NCBI GenBank assembly: GCA_007280345.1
Contig: QYQD01000002.1
Location: 1-48,094, forward strand
Direction: 5' to 3'
DNA: 48,094 bases
Source of the DNA: Deltaproteobacteria bacterium
Lineage (GTDB): Bacteria; Desulfobacterota; QYQD01
In this document: piece by piece, positions 17,688 through 26,403 of the stretch
Layout of the letters: each line of letters begins with the position of its first letter
Numbering within the stretch: the stretch's first letter is position 1
Notes under the pieces: generated by a model
What the model saw: only the letters and a program-made list of their open reading frames with translations
Told to the model about the DNA's origin: nothing
Database searches by the model: none
Program-made: the position numbers and the translations under genes

Positions 17688-18671
17688 ATGCTCGTCGATA
17701 ATTATAACCGGCCCATTAACTACCTTCGCTTATCGGTTACGGATCATTGCAACCTGCGTTGTCAATACTGCATGCCTCCTGGTGGTGTTCGGAAAATCGC
17801 CCGTGAAGAGATATTGCGCTATGAGGAATTCTTACGCCTGGTGCGGGTGTTAATCCCATTGGGCATAAAGAAGGTCCGTCTGACGGGAGGAGAACCCCTG
17901 GTTCGCCGCGGCATTACCGAATTTATCCGATCACTTAACCGCATCGATGGGCTCCGGGCAGTCTGTCTCACTACGAATGGTATTCTTCTGGGGGAAAAGA
18001 TTGATGAACTGTATGCAGCCGGTATTAAAAGGATAAACATAAGTCTGGACACCCTGGACACACAAAAATATCATATGATAACCACCCGCCCTTTCTGGCA
18101 TAAGGTCTGGGGAGCTATTGAAAAGGCCCTGTCATTCGGTGATGTCGAGGTTAAGCTTAATGTAGTAGTTATGAAGGGCATAAACGATGACGAAATAGAG
18201 TCCTTCGCCCGTCTGGCCTATAAGCATCCTTTGCAGGTACGGTTTATAGAGTTTATGCCGGTTGGCTGTGGAAGCCGATGGAGTGGTGAGATATATATGT
18301 CCGGGGCTGAGTGCATGGAGCGGGTAAGGAAAGTGGGAGACCTGTTGCCCCTGCGGCATAAAGAGGGTGCAGGGCCGGCCGTAGTTTACACGTTTGCCGG
18401 GGCGGCAGGCGAAGTCGGCTTTATAAACCCTATTAGTCAGAGTTTTTGCGCTTTCTGTAACAGGATGCGTATCACACCGGATGGACAACTGCGGATGTGC
18501 CTTTTTTCAGATGACGAACTGGATGTAAAAAAACATCTACGCTCTGGTATGCAGGATGCAGAATTGGCAGGATTAATACTAAAAGCGGTTAAACAAAAAC
18601 CCCTTGAGCATGCGGGATATGGCCGGTTAATACATCAGTGCCACCGGCAAATGTCGCAAATTGGGGGCTGA
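17688..18671 (+). CDS. moaA: GTP 3',8-cyclase MoaA (radical SAM, molybdenum cofactor biosynthesis)
   Basis: CNLRCQYC radical-SAM cluster motif, a C-terminal CAFCNRMRITPDGQLRMCLF cluster motif, and the expected length. Confidence 0.9.
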   Translation: MLVDNYNRPINYLRLSVTDHCNLRCQYCMPPGGVRKIAREEILRYEEFLRLVRVLIPLGIKKVRLTGGEPLVRRGITEFIRSLNRIDGLRAVCLTTNGILLGEKIDELYAAGIKRINISLDTLDTQKYHMITTRPFWHKVWGAIEKALSFGDVEVKLNVVVMKGINDDEIESFARLAYKHPLQVRFIEFMPVGCGSRWSGEIYMSGAECMERVRKVGDLLPLRHKEGAGPAVVYTFAGAAGEVGFINPISQSFCAFCNRMRITPDGQLRMCLFSDDELDVKKHLRSGMQDAELAGLILKAVKQKPLEHAGYGRLIHQCHRQMSQIGG

Positions 18672-18676
18672 GGCCC

Positions 18677-18943
18677 TCAGGCAATATCCTCAATCTTACG
18701 AATTCCTTCCCCCCAGTTTTCTACTTTGAATTCTTTATACGGGATAACGATTTTATCTTTTTCCTCAACGAATATCATCTGTTTTTTATAGTCAAGCAGG
18801 AGGGATATCTTAAATATCAAATTGTCGCCTTCAATGCCCTCCAGAGAGACCTTCTCCTCAAGATATGAGTATTCCTTATTTATAATAATTTCTTTAACCC
18901 GATCCCTGGTAAGTTTTTCTTTTTCTCCCAAAAATCCAGGCAT
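18677..18943 (-). CDS. hypothetical small protein (88 aa)
   Basis: A strong GGGAGGA Shine-Dalgarno lies 6 nt upstream of the ATG on the minus strand. The sequence is visibly AT-richer than its neighbours. I do not recognise a family. Confidence 0.55.
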   Translation of the reverse strand: MPGFLGEKEKLTRDRVKEIIINKEYSYLEEKVSLEGIEGDNLIFKISLLLDYKKQMIFVEEKDKIVIPYKEFKVENWGEGIRKIEDIA

Positions 18944-19063
18944 AGTGTCCTCCCGCTAATGGAGTATGTACCCATTAAGTAACTGTTACCACAGTTGCGC
19001 AAGCAAAGTCAATCAGTTATACTGCCGCTTAGATTAGGTACAAGCGTACTTTTCTGATTCACC

Positions 19064-19092
19064 TTGACAAGTCGGCCCCACTCGGTAATATA
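19064..19092 (+). promoter_or_regulatory. sigma-70-type promoter candidate for tadA
   Basis: TTGACA (19064-19069), a 16-17 nt spacer, then TAATAT/AATATA (19086-19092). Confidence 0.5.
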
Positions 19093-19605
19093 AGAATTCT
19101 AATTTTTAGAATCAATTTTGCTGTTTGAAATGTTAAAAAAAGACGAAAGCCCAGGGTATCACGAAAGCTTTATGCGTAAGGCCATCGAGGCCGCCGGCCA
19201 GGCCCAAAAGGCAGGAGAGGTTCCAGTGGGGGCGGTTCTCGTGGGAGAAGATGACCAGATTTTGGGCGTGGGCTATAACCAGGTCATCGCGCTGAGTGAT
19301 CCCACGGCCCATGCGGAGATACTGGCTCTCCGCCAGGCGGCGCGAACTCATGTTAACTACAGATTACCGGGAACACTTCTTTACGTCACCATCGAGCCCT
19401 GTTTGATGTGTGCCGGCGCTATCTTGCAGTCCCGGGTCAAAAAATTGATCTTTGGTGCGCATGATCCTAAGGGAGGGGTATTTGGTTCGCTGTATAACCT
19501 GGCTCAAGACCACAGGTTAAACCATCGCATCGAGGTCATTTCAGGTATTCTGGCCAGTGAAGCCCAGTCCATGCTGCAGGCCTTTTTCCGGCATAAGAGA
19601 TCGGA

Positions 19606-19701
<96 letters not shown>

Positions 19702-19844
19702 AAATTCGCTTCACCGCAAAGCCGCAAAGGACTCAGAGGAAGACTTAAGATTAAGGGAAGTTTTGAAACTTGTATTTTTTCGCCTTCCGGTGGACTATGA
19801 GAATTGTTCGGCCATAGTTGGCGTTGTTATATAGAGGTACCTGC

Positions 19845-19937
19845 GGAGAGATGTCCGAGCGGCCGAAGGAGCACGACTGGAAATCGTGTGTTCCGCCAAA
19901 AGCGGGACCGTGGGTTCAAATCCCACTCTCTCCGCCA
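19845..19937 (+). tRNA. tRNA-Ser (anticodon GGA), CCA encoded
   Basis: Acceptor stem GGAGAGA/TCTCTCC, anticodon arm CACGA-CTGGAAA-TCGTG, a long variable arm, and T arm GTGGG-TTCAAAT-CCCAC. Confidence 0.9.
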
Positions 19938-19955
19938 TTTTTGATAATTTAACCT

Positions 19956-20160
19956 AAAAAAGGCGATTCACCACAGAGAACACAGAGAAGAGCATGATAA
20001 ATAAAAGAAAAGCCTCTCTTTCTCTGTGCACTCATTGGGTGAAGACGATATATTATTGTTTTACAAATTCAATACACGAGAACACAGAGAACTACTTGAA
20101 ATCATTATATTTTAAACTATTAAAATCTTTCTCTGTGTTCTCTGTGGTTAATTTTTGACA
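19956..20160 (-). repeat. two tandem CACAGAG-word elements related to the E family
   Basis: Unit a runs from aaaaaaggcgattcaccacagagaacacagag to ctctctttctctgtgcac. Unit b runs from cacgagaacacagagaac to ctttctctgtgttctctgtggttaatttttgaca. The end architecture parallels E3 (aaaaaagccttttcaccgctgagcacgcagag ... cctctgcggtaattttt). Confidence 0.7.
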
Positions 20161-20173
20161 ATACGTCTAATTT

Positions 20174-20275
20174 GATAGCCGGGTCCTGCGCAACGGAAAC
20201 TTGCGAACCCCGCCAGGTCCGGAAGGAAGCAACGGCAGCAAGGCCTTTCGTGTGCCGCAGGGGTGCCTGGCTATC
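20174..20275 (+). ncRNA. ffs: signal recognition particle RNA (small 4.5S-type, ffs)
   Basis: Conserved domain IV sequence CCAGGTCCGGAAGGAAGCAACGGCAGC ... GTGTGCCGCAGGGG. The ends GATAGCCGGG and CCTGGCTATC pair. The position between tadA and dnaX matches the Bacillus tadA-scr-dnaX-ybaB-recR order. Confidence 0.8.
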
Positions 20276-20295
20276 ATTAATTTTAGCTATTGGCT

Positions 20296-20342
20296 ATCAG
20301 CGTTCAGTAACCAGTCTGCCTACAGAGGGGCTGAACGCTGAT
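20296..20342. repeat. 12-bp perfect-stem hairpin of the TCAGCG-word type
   Basis: ATCAGCGTTCAG, a 23-nt loop, then CTGAACGCTGAT. Confidence 0.65.
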
Positions 20343-20375
20343 ACCGGGGTGCTTACGAAACGGGGATCAAAATAA

Positions 20376-22013
20376 ATGGCCTACCTCGTCCTGGCCAGAA
20401 AGTGGCGGCCGCAAGATTTTTCTGAAGTTATGGGTCAGAGTCATGTGGTCCAGGCCCTGCAAAATGCCATCCGGCAGGGACGGGTGGCCCATGCCTACCT
20501 CTTTGCGGGGGCTCGTGGTGTCGGGAAGACCTCAGTAGCACGCATCCTGGCCAAGGCTTTAGAATGCGAAAGCGGTCCTACGGAAACACCTTGTAATCAA
20601 TGTCCTGTCTGCCGGGAGATCACAAAAAGTTCATCTGTAGATATCTATGAGATAGATGGGGCTTCTAACCGCGGTATTGACGAGATCCGCGAGTTAAGAG
20701 AAAATGCCAAGTACCTTCCTGCCAAATGCCGGTATAAGATATACATTATCGATGAAGTGCACATGCTCACCGAACCGGCCTTTAATGCCCTTCTCAAGAC
20801 CTTAGAGGAGCCGCCGGCACATGTCATCTTTATTTTTGCCACTACAGAACCACACAAGATTCCCATTACCATCCTTTCGCGCTGCCAGCGCTATGACTTT
20901 AAACGGCTTTCCGCGGCAGTGATTACGGGCCACCTTAAGGCCATCATCGATCAGGAAGGTATAAAGCTGAGCGCAGGAGGGCTGCGCTTTATTGTCCGGG
21001 AGGCCGAGGGGAGTATGCGTGATGCCCTGAGCCTCCTGGATCGGATTATCTCCTACGGTGGGGATGAAGTCGGGGACGAGGAGATAGCCACTGTCTTTGG
21101 CCTTGTTGACCAGAGGCTGGTTATAGAGATGATAGTGGCCATATTTGAACATAACCTTGAGCGAAGTATCGACTTGATAGATCAGATTTATACCCAGGGT
21201 CAGGACCTAAAACGGTTTTATGCCGACCTGGTAGAGGCCCTTCGAAATCTGGTCATTATTAAGACCTGCCGGAAACCAGGCCCGTTAATAAATGTTGCAG
21301 ACGATGAAAAAGAAGAACTGGATAGACTGGGGCAGGCAAAAAGTACCGAGACCATCTACCTGTATCTCCAGTTGCTGATACAGGGGTGGGAGGAATTGAG
21401 ACGATCTTCACAGCCTAGATTGACCCTTGAGATGATACTGATGCGAGCGAGCCTGTTAAAGGATGTTATTCCAGTGGAAAAGATACTGGAAAAGATTTCC
21501 ATTCTGGCCTCCGGCATTAAAGAAAATGAGGGCCTACAACCCGTCCAGGGTCCGACCACAGCCTATCCGCCGGGGTCAGACCTGGATAGCTGTAGGCAGG
21601 AAGGGAAAGAACCAGAAGCCCCCTTTGTATCCGGCAGGCCGGAAGATCCGGAGGGCTTTTTAGGTTTCGTTAAAAGCAAGAGCCTCCCCCTGGCCTCGAT
21701 TCTACAACAATGTCAGGAGTTGACGGTAAAAAATGATACGCTGGCCATTGTGTTTGCCGATCATTCCCTTTCTGATCTCTTAAGAGATCCTTTTTATAAC
21801 GCGCGACTGCGCGAGATTTGTCGGGAATATTACCGGCGAGACATAAGAATAGACATACTTTCAGAATCAGTGGCTGCCCCTGGTCGTGAAACAGCAGAGG
21901 AAACAGGCCGGGAACGTACCGCCCGGGAGGAGATAATAAAGCACCCCCTAGTTCAAGAGGCGTTAAGCATCTTAGGCGGACAGATTGAGGAGATCAAGAT
22001 CGAAAAAACCTAA
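20376..22013 (+). CDS. dnaX: DNA polymerase III subunit gamma/tau
   Basis: AAA+ clamp-loader motifs GARGVGKTS and IIDEVHML, the zinc module CNQCPVC, and SRC (ILSRCQRYDF). Confidence 0.95.
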   Translation: MAYLVLARKWRPQDFSEVMGQSHVVQALQNAIRQGRVAHAYLFAGARGVGKTSVARILAKALECESGPTETPCNQCPVCREITKSSSVDIYEIDGASNRGIDEIRELRENAKYLPAKCRYKIYIIDEVHMLTEPAFNALLKTLEEPPAHVIFIFATTEPHKIPITILSRCQRYDFKRLSAAVITGHLKAIIDQEGIKLSAGGLRFIVREAEGSMRDALSLLDRIISYGGDEVGDEEIATVFGLVDQRLVIEMIVAIFEHNLERSIDLIDQIYTQGQDLKRFYADLVEALRNLVIIKTCRKPGPLINVADDEKEELDRLGQAKSTETIYLYLQLLIQGWEELRRSSQPRLTLEMILMRASLLKDVIPVEKILEKISILASGIKENEGLQPVQGPTTAYPPGSDLDSCRQEGKEPEAPFVSGRPEDPEGFLGFVKSKSLPLASILQQCQELTVKNDTLAIVFADHSLSDLLRDPFYNARLREICREYYRRDIRIDILSESVAAPGRETAEETGRERTAREEIIKHPLVQEALSILGGQIEEIKIEKT

Positions 22014-22015
22014 AA

Positions 22016-22131
22016 ACTGCAAATAAACACAGAGGACACCGAGAAATATATTGTAGTAAAAAAAACCAGTTTATATTTTCTCTAGTGATTTTTAAATATT
22101 AAAATTATCTCTGAGTTCTCTGTGGTTTGAC
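22016..22131 (-). repeat. CACAGAG-word element between dnaX and ybaB
   Basis: Left end aaataaacacagaggacaccgagaaa. Right end tctctgagttctctgtggtttgaca. Confidence 0.6.
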
Positions 22132-22159
22132 AATATCAAATCTTTTTAAGGAGAAAGAC

Positions 22160-22471
22160 GTGAAAGATATCGGAGGATTAGTTAAACAGGCACAAAAAAT
22201 ACAGGCTAAGATGGCCAAGGTACAGGAGGAACTGGCCAACAAGACCGTGGAAAGTTCTGCGGGTGGCGGGATGGTAACGGTCGTAGCCAATGGCCGGCAG
22301 GAAATAGTATCCATAAAGATAGAGCGTGAGGTTGTAGATCCCAACGATGTCGATATGTTACATGACCTGATCCTGGCTGCGGTAAATGATGCCCTGAAGA
22401 AATCTCAGCAGATGATGCAGGAAGAGATGGCCCAGATCGCCGGTGGCCTTAAAATCCCGGGGCTTTTGTAA
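22160..22471 (+). CDS. ybaB: nucleoid-associated protein YbaB/EbfC
   Basis: The GTG at 22160 follows AAGGAG. The N-terminus [25 protein letters not shown] is typical of the family. The upstream ATG at 22127 lies inside the repeat. Confidence 0.85.
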   Translation: MKDIGGLVKQAQKIQAKMAKVQEELANKTVESSAGGGMVTVVANGRQEIVSIKIEREVVDPNDVDMLHDLILAAVNDALKKSQQMMQEEMAQIAGGLKIPGLL

Positions 22472-22479
22472 GCATAGCC

Positions 22480-23079
22480 ATGTCCGTTTTCCCACCGGCC
22501 CTTTTGCGACTTATCCGAAATCTGGGCAACTTACCTGGTATTGGAGAAAAGACAGCGGCACGTCTCGCCCTTGCGATCCTCCGTTGGCCCGAGGTGAGGG
22601 CCAAAGAACTGGCCCAAAGTATTGACGAAGTCAAGGAAAAGATACGGTTTTGCTCTACCTGTTTCAGTTTTACGGAAACTGATCCCTGTGCCATCTGTGC
22701 AGACCCCAAACGAACCACTGACGCGATTTGCGTAGTCGAAGATCCGGGGGATATGATGGCTATAGAAAAATCCGGTGGCTTTAAAGGGCGTTATCACGTC
22801 TTGCATGGTGTACTTTCGCCTATGGATGGGGTTGGTCCGGATGAGCTCAAGATAAAAGAACTTCTTTTACGTATAAAAAGCGGTCAGGTGAAAGAGGTAA
22901 TCTTAGCGACCAGCCCAACTGTGGCTGGAGAAGCCACCGCTGTTTACCTAGCCGGATTGCTTCAAAATGAAGATGTAACTGTGACCCGTATTGCCTGCGG
23001 AGTTCCCATGGGTACAGACCTTAAATATAATGACGAAATGACACTCAGGCGGGCGTTAGAAGCCAGAACCAGGGCGTAA
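22480..23079 (+). CDS. recR: recombination protein RecR
   Basis: HhH motif LPGIGEKTAARLA, zinc finger CSTC...CAIC, and a Toprim domain. Confidence 0.95.
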   Translation: MSVFPPALLRLIRNLGNLPGIGEKTAARLALAILRWPEVRAKELAQSIDEVKEKIRFCSTCFSFTETDPCAICADPKRTTDAICVVEDPGDMMAIEKSGGFKGRYHVLHGVLSPMDGVGPDELKIKELLLRIKSGQVKEVILATSPTVAGEATAVYLAGLLQNEDVTVTRIACGVPMGTDLKYNDEMTLRRALEARTRA

Positions 23080-23230
23080 GGCTCCTGGCAGGCATCTTTT
23101 ATTAAATTAATAACAAGCCAAAAAAACTTGACAAAAGAAGTGCTGCGTGCTACGCAGTGAGCCTCACCGTGAGTAATAAATCGGTTACCAATTTACAGAA
23201 GAAGCAGACTGGGTGGAGGAGAATCAAACC

Positions 23231-23782
23231 ATGATCGAGATCAGAATCCATGGTAGGGGTGGCCAGGGGGCGGTTACTTCAGCCGAACTGGTGGCCATTG
23301 CAGCCATTGACGACGGGAAGTATGCGCAGGCCTTTCCGAGTTTCGGCCCGGAACGGCGGGGAGCGCCCGTAGCGGCCTTTATAAGGGTTAGCGATAAGCC
23401 CATCAGGACGCGGGAAAAGGTTTATGGGCCAAATGTGGTCATGGTCCTCGACCCGAGCATTCTTAAAATCGTCAACGTGGCCGCCGGTCTGAAAGACGGA
23501 GGGACGGTAATTATAAATACCTCCAAGACACCGGAAGAGATGGCCAGGTTGTTAAATGTCAAGGCAAAGATTGCTACGGTGGATGCTACCAAGATCGCCA
23601 TGGAGAGTATGGGGGTCCCCATAACCAATACGACCATGCTTGGGGCCTTGCTTAAATCTACGGGTATAGTAAGTAACGATGCGTTAGGAAAGGCTATTGA
23701 TAAACGCTTCGGCCGCATTGCGGAGAAGAACAAGACAGCCTTCAACCGGGCTATGACTGAAACTATCGTAAGGGAGGCGTAA
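23231..23782 (+). CDS. porG: 2-oxoacid:ferredoxin oxidoreductase gamma subunit (POR/VOR type)
   Basis: IRIHGRGGQGAVT motif. The ATG at 23231 is preceded by GGAGGAG. Substrate specificity cannot be determined from sequence alone. Confidence 0.85.
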   Translation: MIEIRIHGRGGQGAVTSAELVAIAAIDDGKYAQAFPSFGPERRGAPVAAFIRVSDKPIRTREKVYGPNVVMVLDPSILKIVNVAAGLKDGGTVIINTSKTPEEMARLLNVKAKIATVDATKIAMESMGVPITNTTMLGALLKSTGIVSNDALGKAIDKRFGRIAEKNKTAFNRAMTETIVREA

Positions 23783-23783
23783 T

Positions 23784-24077
23784 ATGGCAAAAATAGACGC
23801 CATAATGGGCTGGAAAGAACTCGATTTGGGCTGTGTCATACGGCAGCCGGGCAGTTCCCGCGCCTTCAAAACAGGTGATTGGCGGTCGCAACGGCCGGTT
23901 GTGGATAGGGACAAATGTATTAAGTGTGGTTTATGTTGGGTTTATTGCCCTGATCTGTCTATGGTCCCGGCAGAGGAGGGGTATTACAAGGTCAATCTGG
24001 ATTACTGTAAGGGTTGCGGTATCTGTGCCAAAGAATGTCCTAAAGACGCCATTACCATGGTTTTAGAGGAGGATTAG
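23784..24077 (+). CDS. porD: 2-oxoacid:ferredoxin oxidoreductase delta subunit (2x[4Fe-4S] ferredoxin)
   Basis: Cluster motifs CIKCGLCWVYCP and CKGCGICAKECP. Confidence 0.85.
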   Translation: MAKIDAIMGWKELDLGCVIRQPGSSRAFKTGDWRSQRPVVDRDKCIKCGLCWVYCPDLSMVPAEEGYYKVNLDYCKGCGICAKECPKDAITMVLEED

Positions 24078-24082
24078 TTAAT

Positions 24083-25261
24083 ATGGCAAAACGCATTGGG
24101 ATGGAGGTTTCCATAGCCGCCAGTGAGGCCGTCAAATTGGCGGATGTCGATCTTATCGCGGCTTATCCGATCACTCCCCAGACACATATTGTTGAACACC
24201 TTGCGGAGGTAGTGGCTGATGGGGAACTGGACGCCGCTTTTGTTCCGGTAGAATCCGAGCATTCCGCTATGAGCTGTTGTATTGGCTCTTCAGCCGCCGG
24301 CGCCCGAACCTTTACAGCCTCAAGCTCCCAGGGCCTCGCCCTGATGCATGAGATGCTTTTCATTGCACCTGCAATGAGACTGCCTATAGTCATGGTCGTG
24401 GCCAACCGCGCTCTCTCCGGCCCGATCAGCATCTGGAACGACCATAGCGACATCATGGCCGAGCAGGATATCGCTTGGATACAGACCTTTGCGGAGAATG
24501 GGCAAGAGGTCTTTGACTTGGTTCTGCATGCCTTCCGGGTGGCGGAAGATTCTAAGGTTTTGTTACCGATGATTGTCAATATGGATGGTTTTACCTTGAG
24601 CCATGTTATTGAACCCATTGAGATACTGGACAAGGCCGAAGTGGATAAGTATCTCCCCCCATACAAGCCGAAGGTGCGCCTGGATCCGAGAAAGCCGGTG
24701 TCCATGGGTCTGGTAGGAGTCCCGGAGATATATACGGAGGCTAAAAAGGCCACCAATGAAGCCCTGATCAATTCTAAGAAAGTCGTTGTTAAGGCCTGGA
24801 AGGAATTCGGCGACCTCTTCGGGCGTTATTATAATCCTGTAGAGTCATATAAGACCGAAGGGGCTGAAGTTATTCTCATTACGATGGGGAGCATCTCCGA
24901 GACAGCCATGACCGCCATTGATAAGATGCGCGAAAAAGGGCTGCCGGTAGGTCTGGTACGGTTCCGCCTCTGGAAGCCTTTTCCGGCTACGGAATTCAAA
25001 AAGGCCATCGCCGGCGCCCAAACCCTGGCCGTAGTGGACCGGGCCTTATCTCCGGGTGGGGCCTGCGGCCCGGTAGCCGAAGAAATCAAAGCCGCCCTCT
25101 ATGCAGAGCGCGGTCGGCCCAAGGTCTTTAACTTTATTGCCGGTCTGGGCGGGCGCGACGTTACGGTAGAAAATTTTGAAGAGATAGTTTCCAGGGCATT
25201 TACTTATGCCAAAAAGAGACCGAAACAACTTTACGAAATGATCGGAGTGAGGGAGATATGA
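24083..25261 (+). CDS. porA: 2-oxoacid:ferredoxin oxidoreductase alpha subunit
   Basis: Resembles the POR alpha subunit ([17 protein letters not shown]) and has the typical size of about 390 aa. Confidence 0.85.
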   Translation: MAKRIGMEVSIAASEAVKLADVDLIAAYPITPQTHIVEHLAEVVADGELDAAFVPVESEHSAMSCCIGSSAAGARTFTASSSQGLALMHEMLFIAPAMRLPIVMVVANRALSGPISIWNDHSDIMAEQDIAWIQTFAENGQEVFDLVLHAFRVAEDSKVLLPMIVNMDGFTLSHVIEPIEILDKAEVDKYLPPYKPKVRLDPRKPVSMGLVGVPEIYTEAKKATNEALINSKKVVVKAWKEFGDLFGRYYNPVESYKTEGAEVILITMGSISETAMTAIDKMREKGLPVGLVRFRLWKPFPATEFKKAIAGAQTLAVVDRALSPGGACGPVAEEIKAALYAERGRPKVFNFIAGLGGRDVTVENFEEIVSRAFTYAKKRPKQLYEMIGVREI

Positions 25262-26199
25262 TCAAAGAGTTTGAAAATTTCAAGGGATTTTCGGCAAAGA
25301 AGCTGCCCTTAGCGGAGCCCATAGCCTCCGGGCACCGGGCCTGCCAGGGTTGTGGGGAGGTACTGGCGCTTAGACTGGCTATGAAGGCCATTGGTATGAA
25401 CAGTATCGTCGTCAGCGCCACGGGCTGTATGGAGATTATTACTTCTACTTTTCCGCATACGGCCTGGAATGTGCCTTGGATACATGTAGCCTTTGAAAAT
25501 GCGGCCGCCGTGGCCTCGGGCGTGGAAGCGGCCCTGAAGGTACTTATGCGTAAGGGTAAGATCCCCCAAAAACATATCGATGTCGTCGCCATAGGCGGCG
25601 ACGGGGCCACTGCCGATATCGGTCTCCAGGCCTTATCCGGCGCCATGGAGAGGGGCCACGACTTTGTCTATATCTGCCTGGATAACGAGGCCTACATGAA
25701 CACCGGCGTACAGCGTTCCAGCTCTACGCCCTATGGCGCCATGACCACCACTTCTCCTCCGGGGAAAAAGAGTTTTGGGCAGGCGACGAAGAAAAAGAAC
25801 GTTCCGGCCATTGCCGTGGCCCATAATATCCCTTACGTGGCTACCGCTTCTCCGGCCTATTTCCTGGACTTAATGAACAAGGCCAAAAAGGCCGCTCTGG
25901 TCAAGGGGCCCGCTTACCTGCATATTTACTCATCCTGTCCCACCGGATGGAGACATGGCGGCGACCTGGCTATTGAGATAAGTAAATTAGCCGTAGAGAC
26001 CAATGTCTTCCCGCTTTATGAGGTCATAGAAGGTAACTATATAATTAACCGTAAGATTACAAAACCAAAACCCGTAGCCGAGTATCTGAAGAAGCAGGGC
26101 CGGTTCCGTCATTTGACTGATGATATTATTGCCGAAATCCAGAGGCAGGTTGACGAAGAATATGACAAGCTGCTAAAGCTGGCCGGTGAAACCGCATAA
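25258..26199 (+). CDS. porB: 2-oxoacid:ferredoxin oxidoreductase beta subunit (TPP-binding)
   Basis: CQGCG near the N-terminus and the TPP motif [14 protein letters not shown]...DNEAYMNTG. Overlaps the alpha subunit by 4 nt. Confidence 0.85.
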   Translation: MIKEFENFKGFSAKKLPLAEPIASGHRACQGCGEVLALRLAMKAIGMNSIVVSATGCMEIITSTFPHTAWNVPWIHVAFENAAAVASGVEAALKVLMRKGKIPQKHIDVVAIGGDGATADIGLQALSGAMERGHDFVYICLDNEAYMNTGVQRSSSTPYGAMTTTSPPGKKSFGQATKKKNVPAIAVAHNIPYVATASPAYFLDLMNKAKKAALVKGPAYLHIYSSCPTGWRHGGDLAIEISKLAVETNVFPLYEVIEGNYIINRKITKPKPVAEYLKKQGRFRHLTDDIIAEIQRQVDEEYDKLLKLAGETA

Positions 26200-26223
26200 C
26201 TGTCTTGGTTTTTCTAATATTGA

Positions 26224-26259
26224 GAAAGGCGCAGGCTCAACCTGCGCCTTTCTTTTTTT
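26224..26259 (+). terminator. Rho-independent terminator of the oxidoreductase operon
   Basis: GAAAGGCGCAGG-ctcaa-CCTGCGCCTTTC followed by a run of 7 T. Confidence 0.75.
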
Positions 26260-26319
26260 GGATACAGATGCTATTATGAAAAACAGATGTCGCATGGTGA
26301 CACAAAAAACAATGAAAAT

Positions 26320-26364
26320 AATCCCCCCTCACCCCCCTTTAGTAAAGGGGGATACAGGGGGATT
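26320..26364. repeat. G/C-tract palindromic element, copy P1
   Basis: aatcccccctcaccccctttagtaaagggggatacagggggatt. The outer stem is AATCCCCC/GGGGGATT and the inner stem is CCCCCTTT/AAAGGGGG. Confidence 0.75.
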
Positions 26365-26403
26365 TTTAGATGAAAAGTAATTAACAGGGGTAGGGATACA
26401 GAA

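Noticed and set aside
20155-20160. The TTGACA at the ends of the CACAGAG elements (also 22126-22131 and 15156-15161) might be functional -35 boxes.
   Set aside because: No -10-like hexamer occurs 16-18 nt downstream, and the distance to the SRP RNA 5' end is only about 13 nt. I kept it as an observation only. E1 carries the related GGTAATTTTGAC motif, while E2 and E3 have TTTAC there, so it looks like part of the repeat terminus.
22127-22159. The ORF-track upstream starts for ybaB (22127), the por gamma subunit (23213), cysC (44993), fcl (46840) and tadA (19118).
   Set aside because: In each case the internal ATG or GTG has a better Shine-Dalgarno and gives the family-typical N-terminus. The upstream extensions lie in repeats or overlap the preceding gene.
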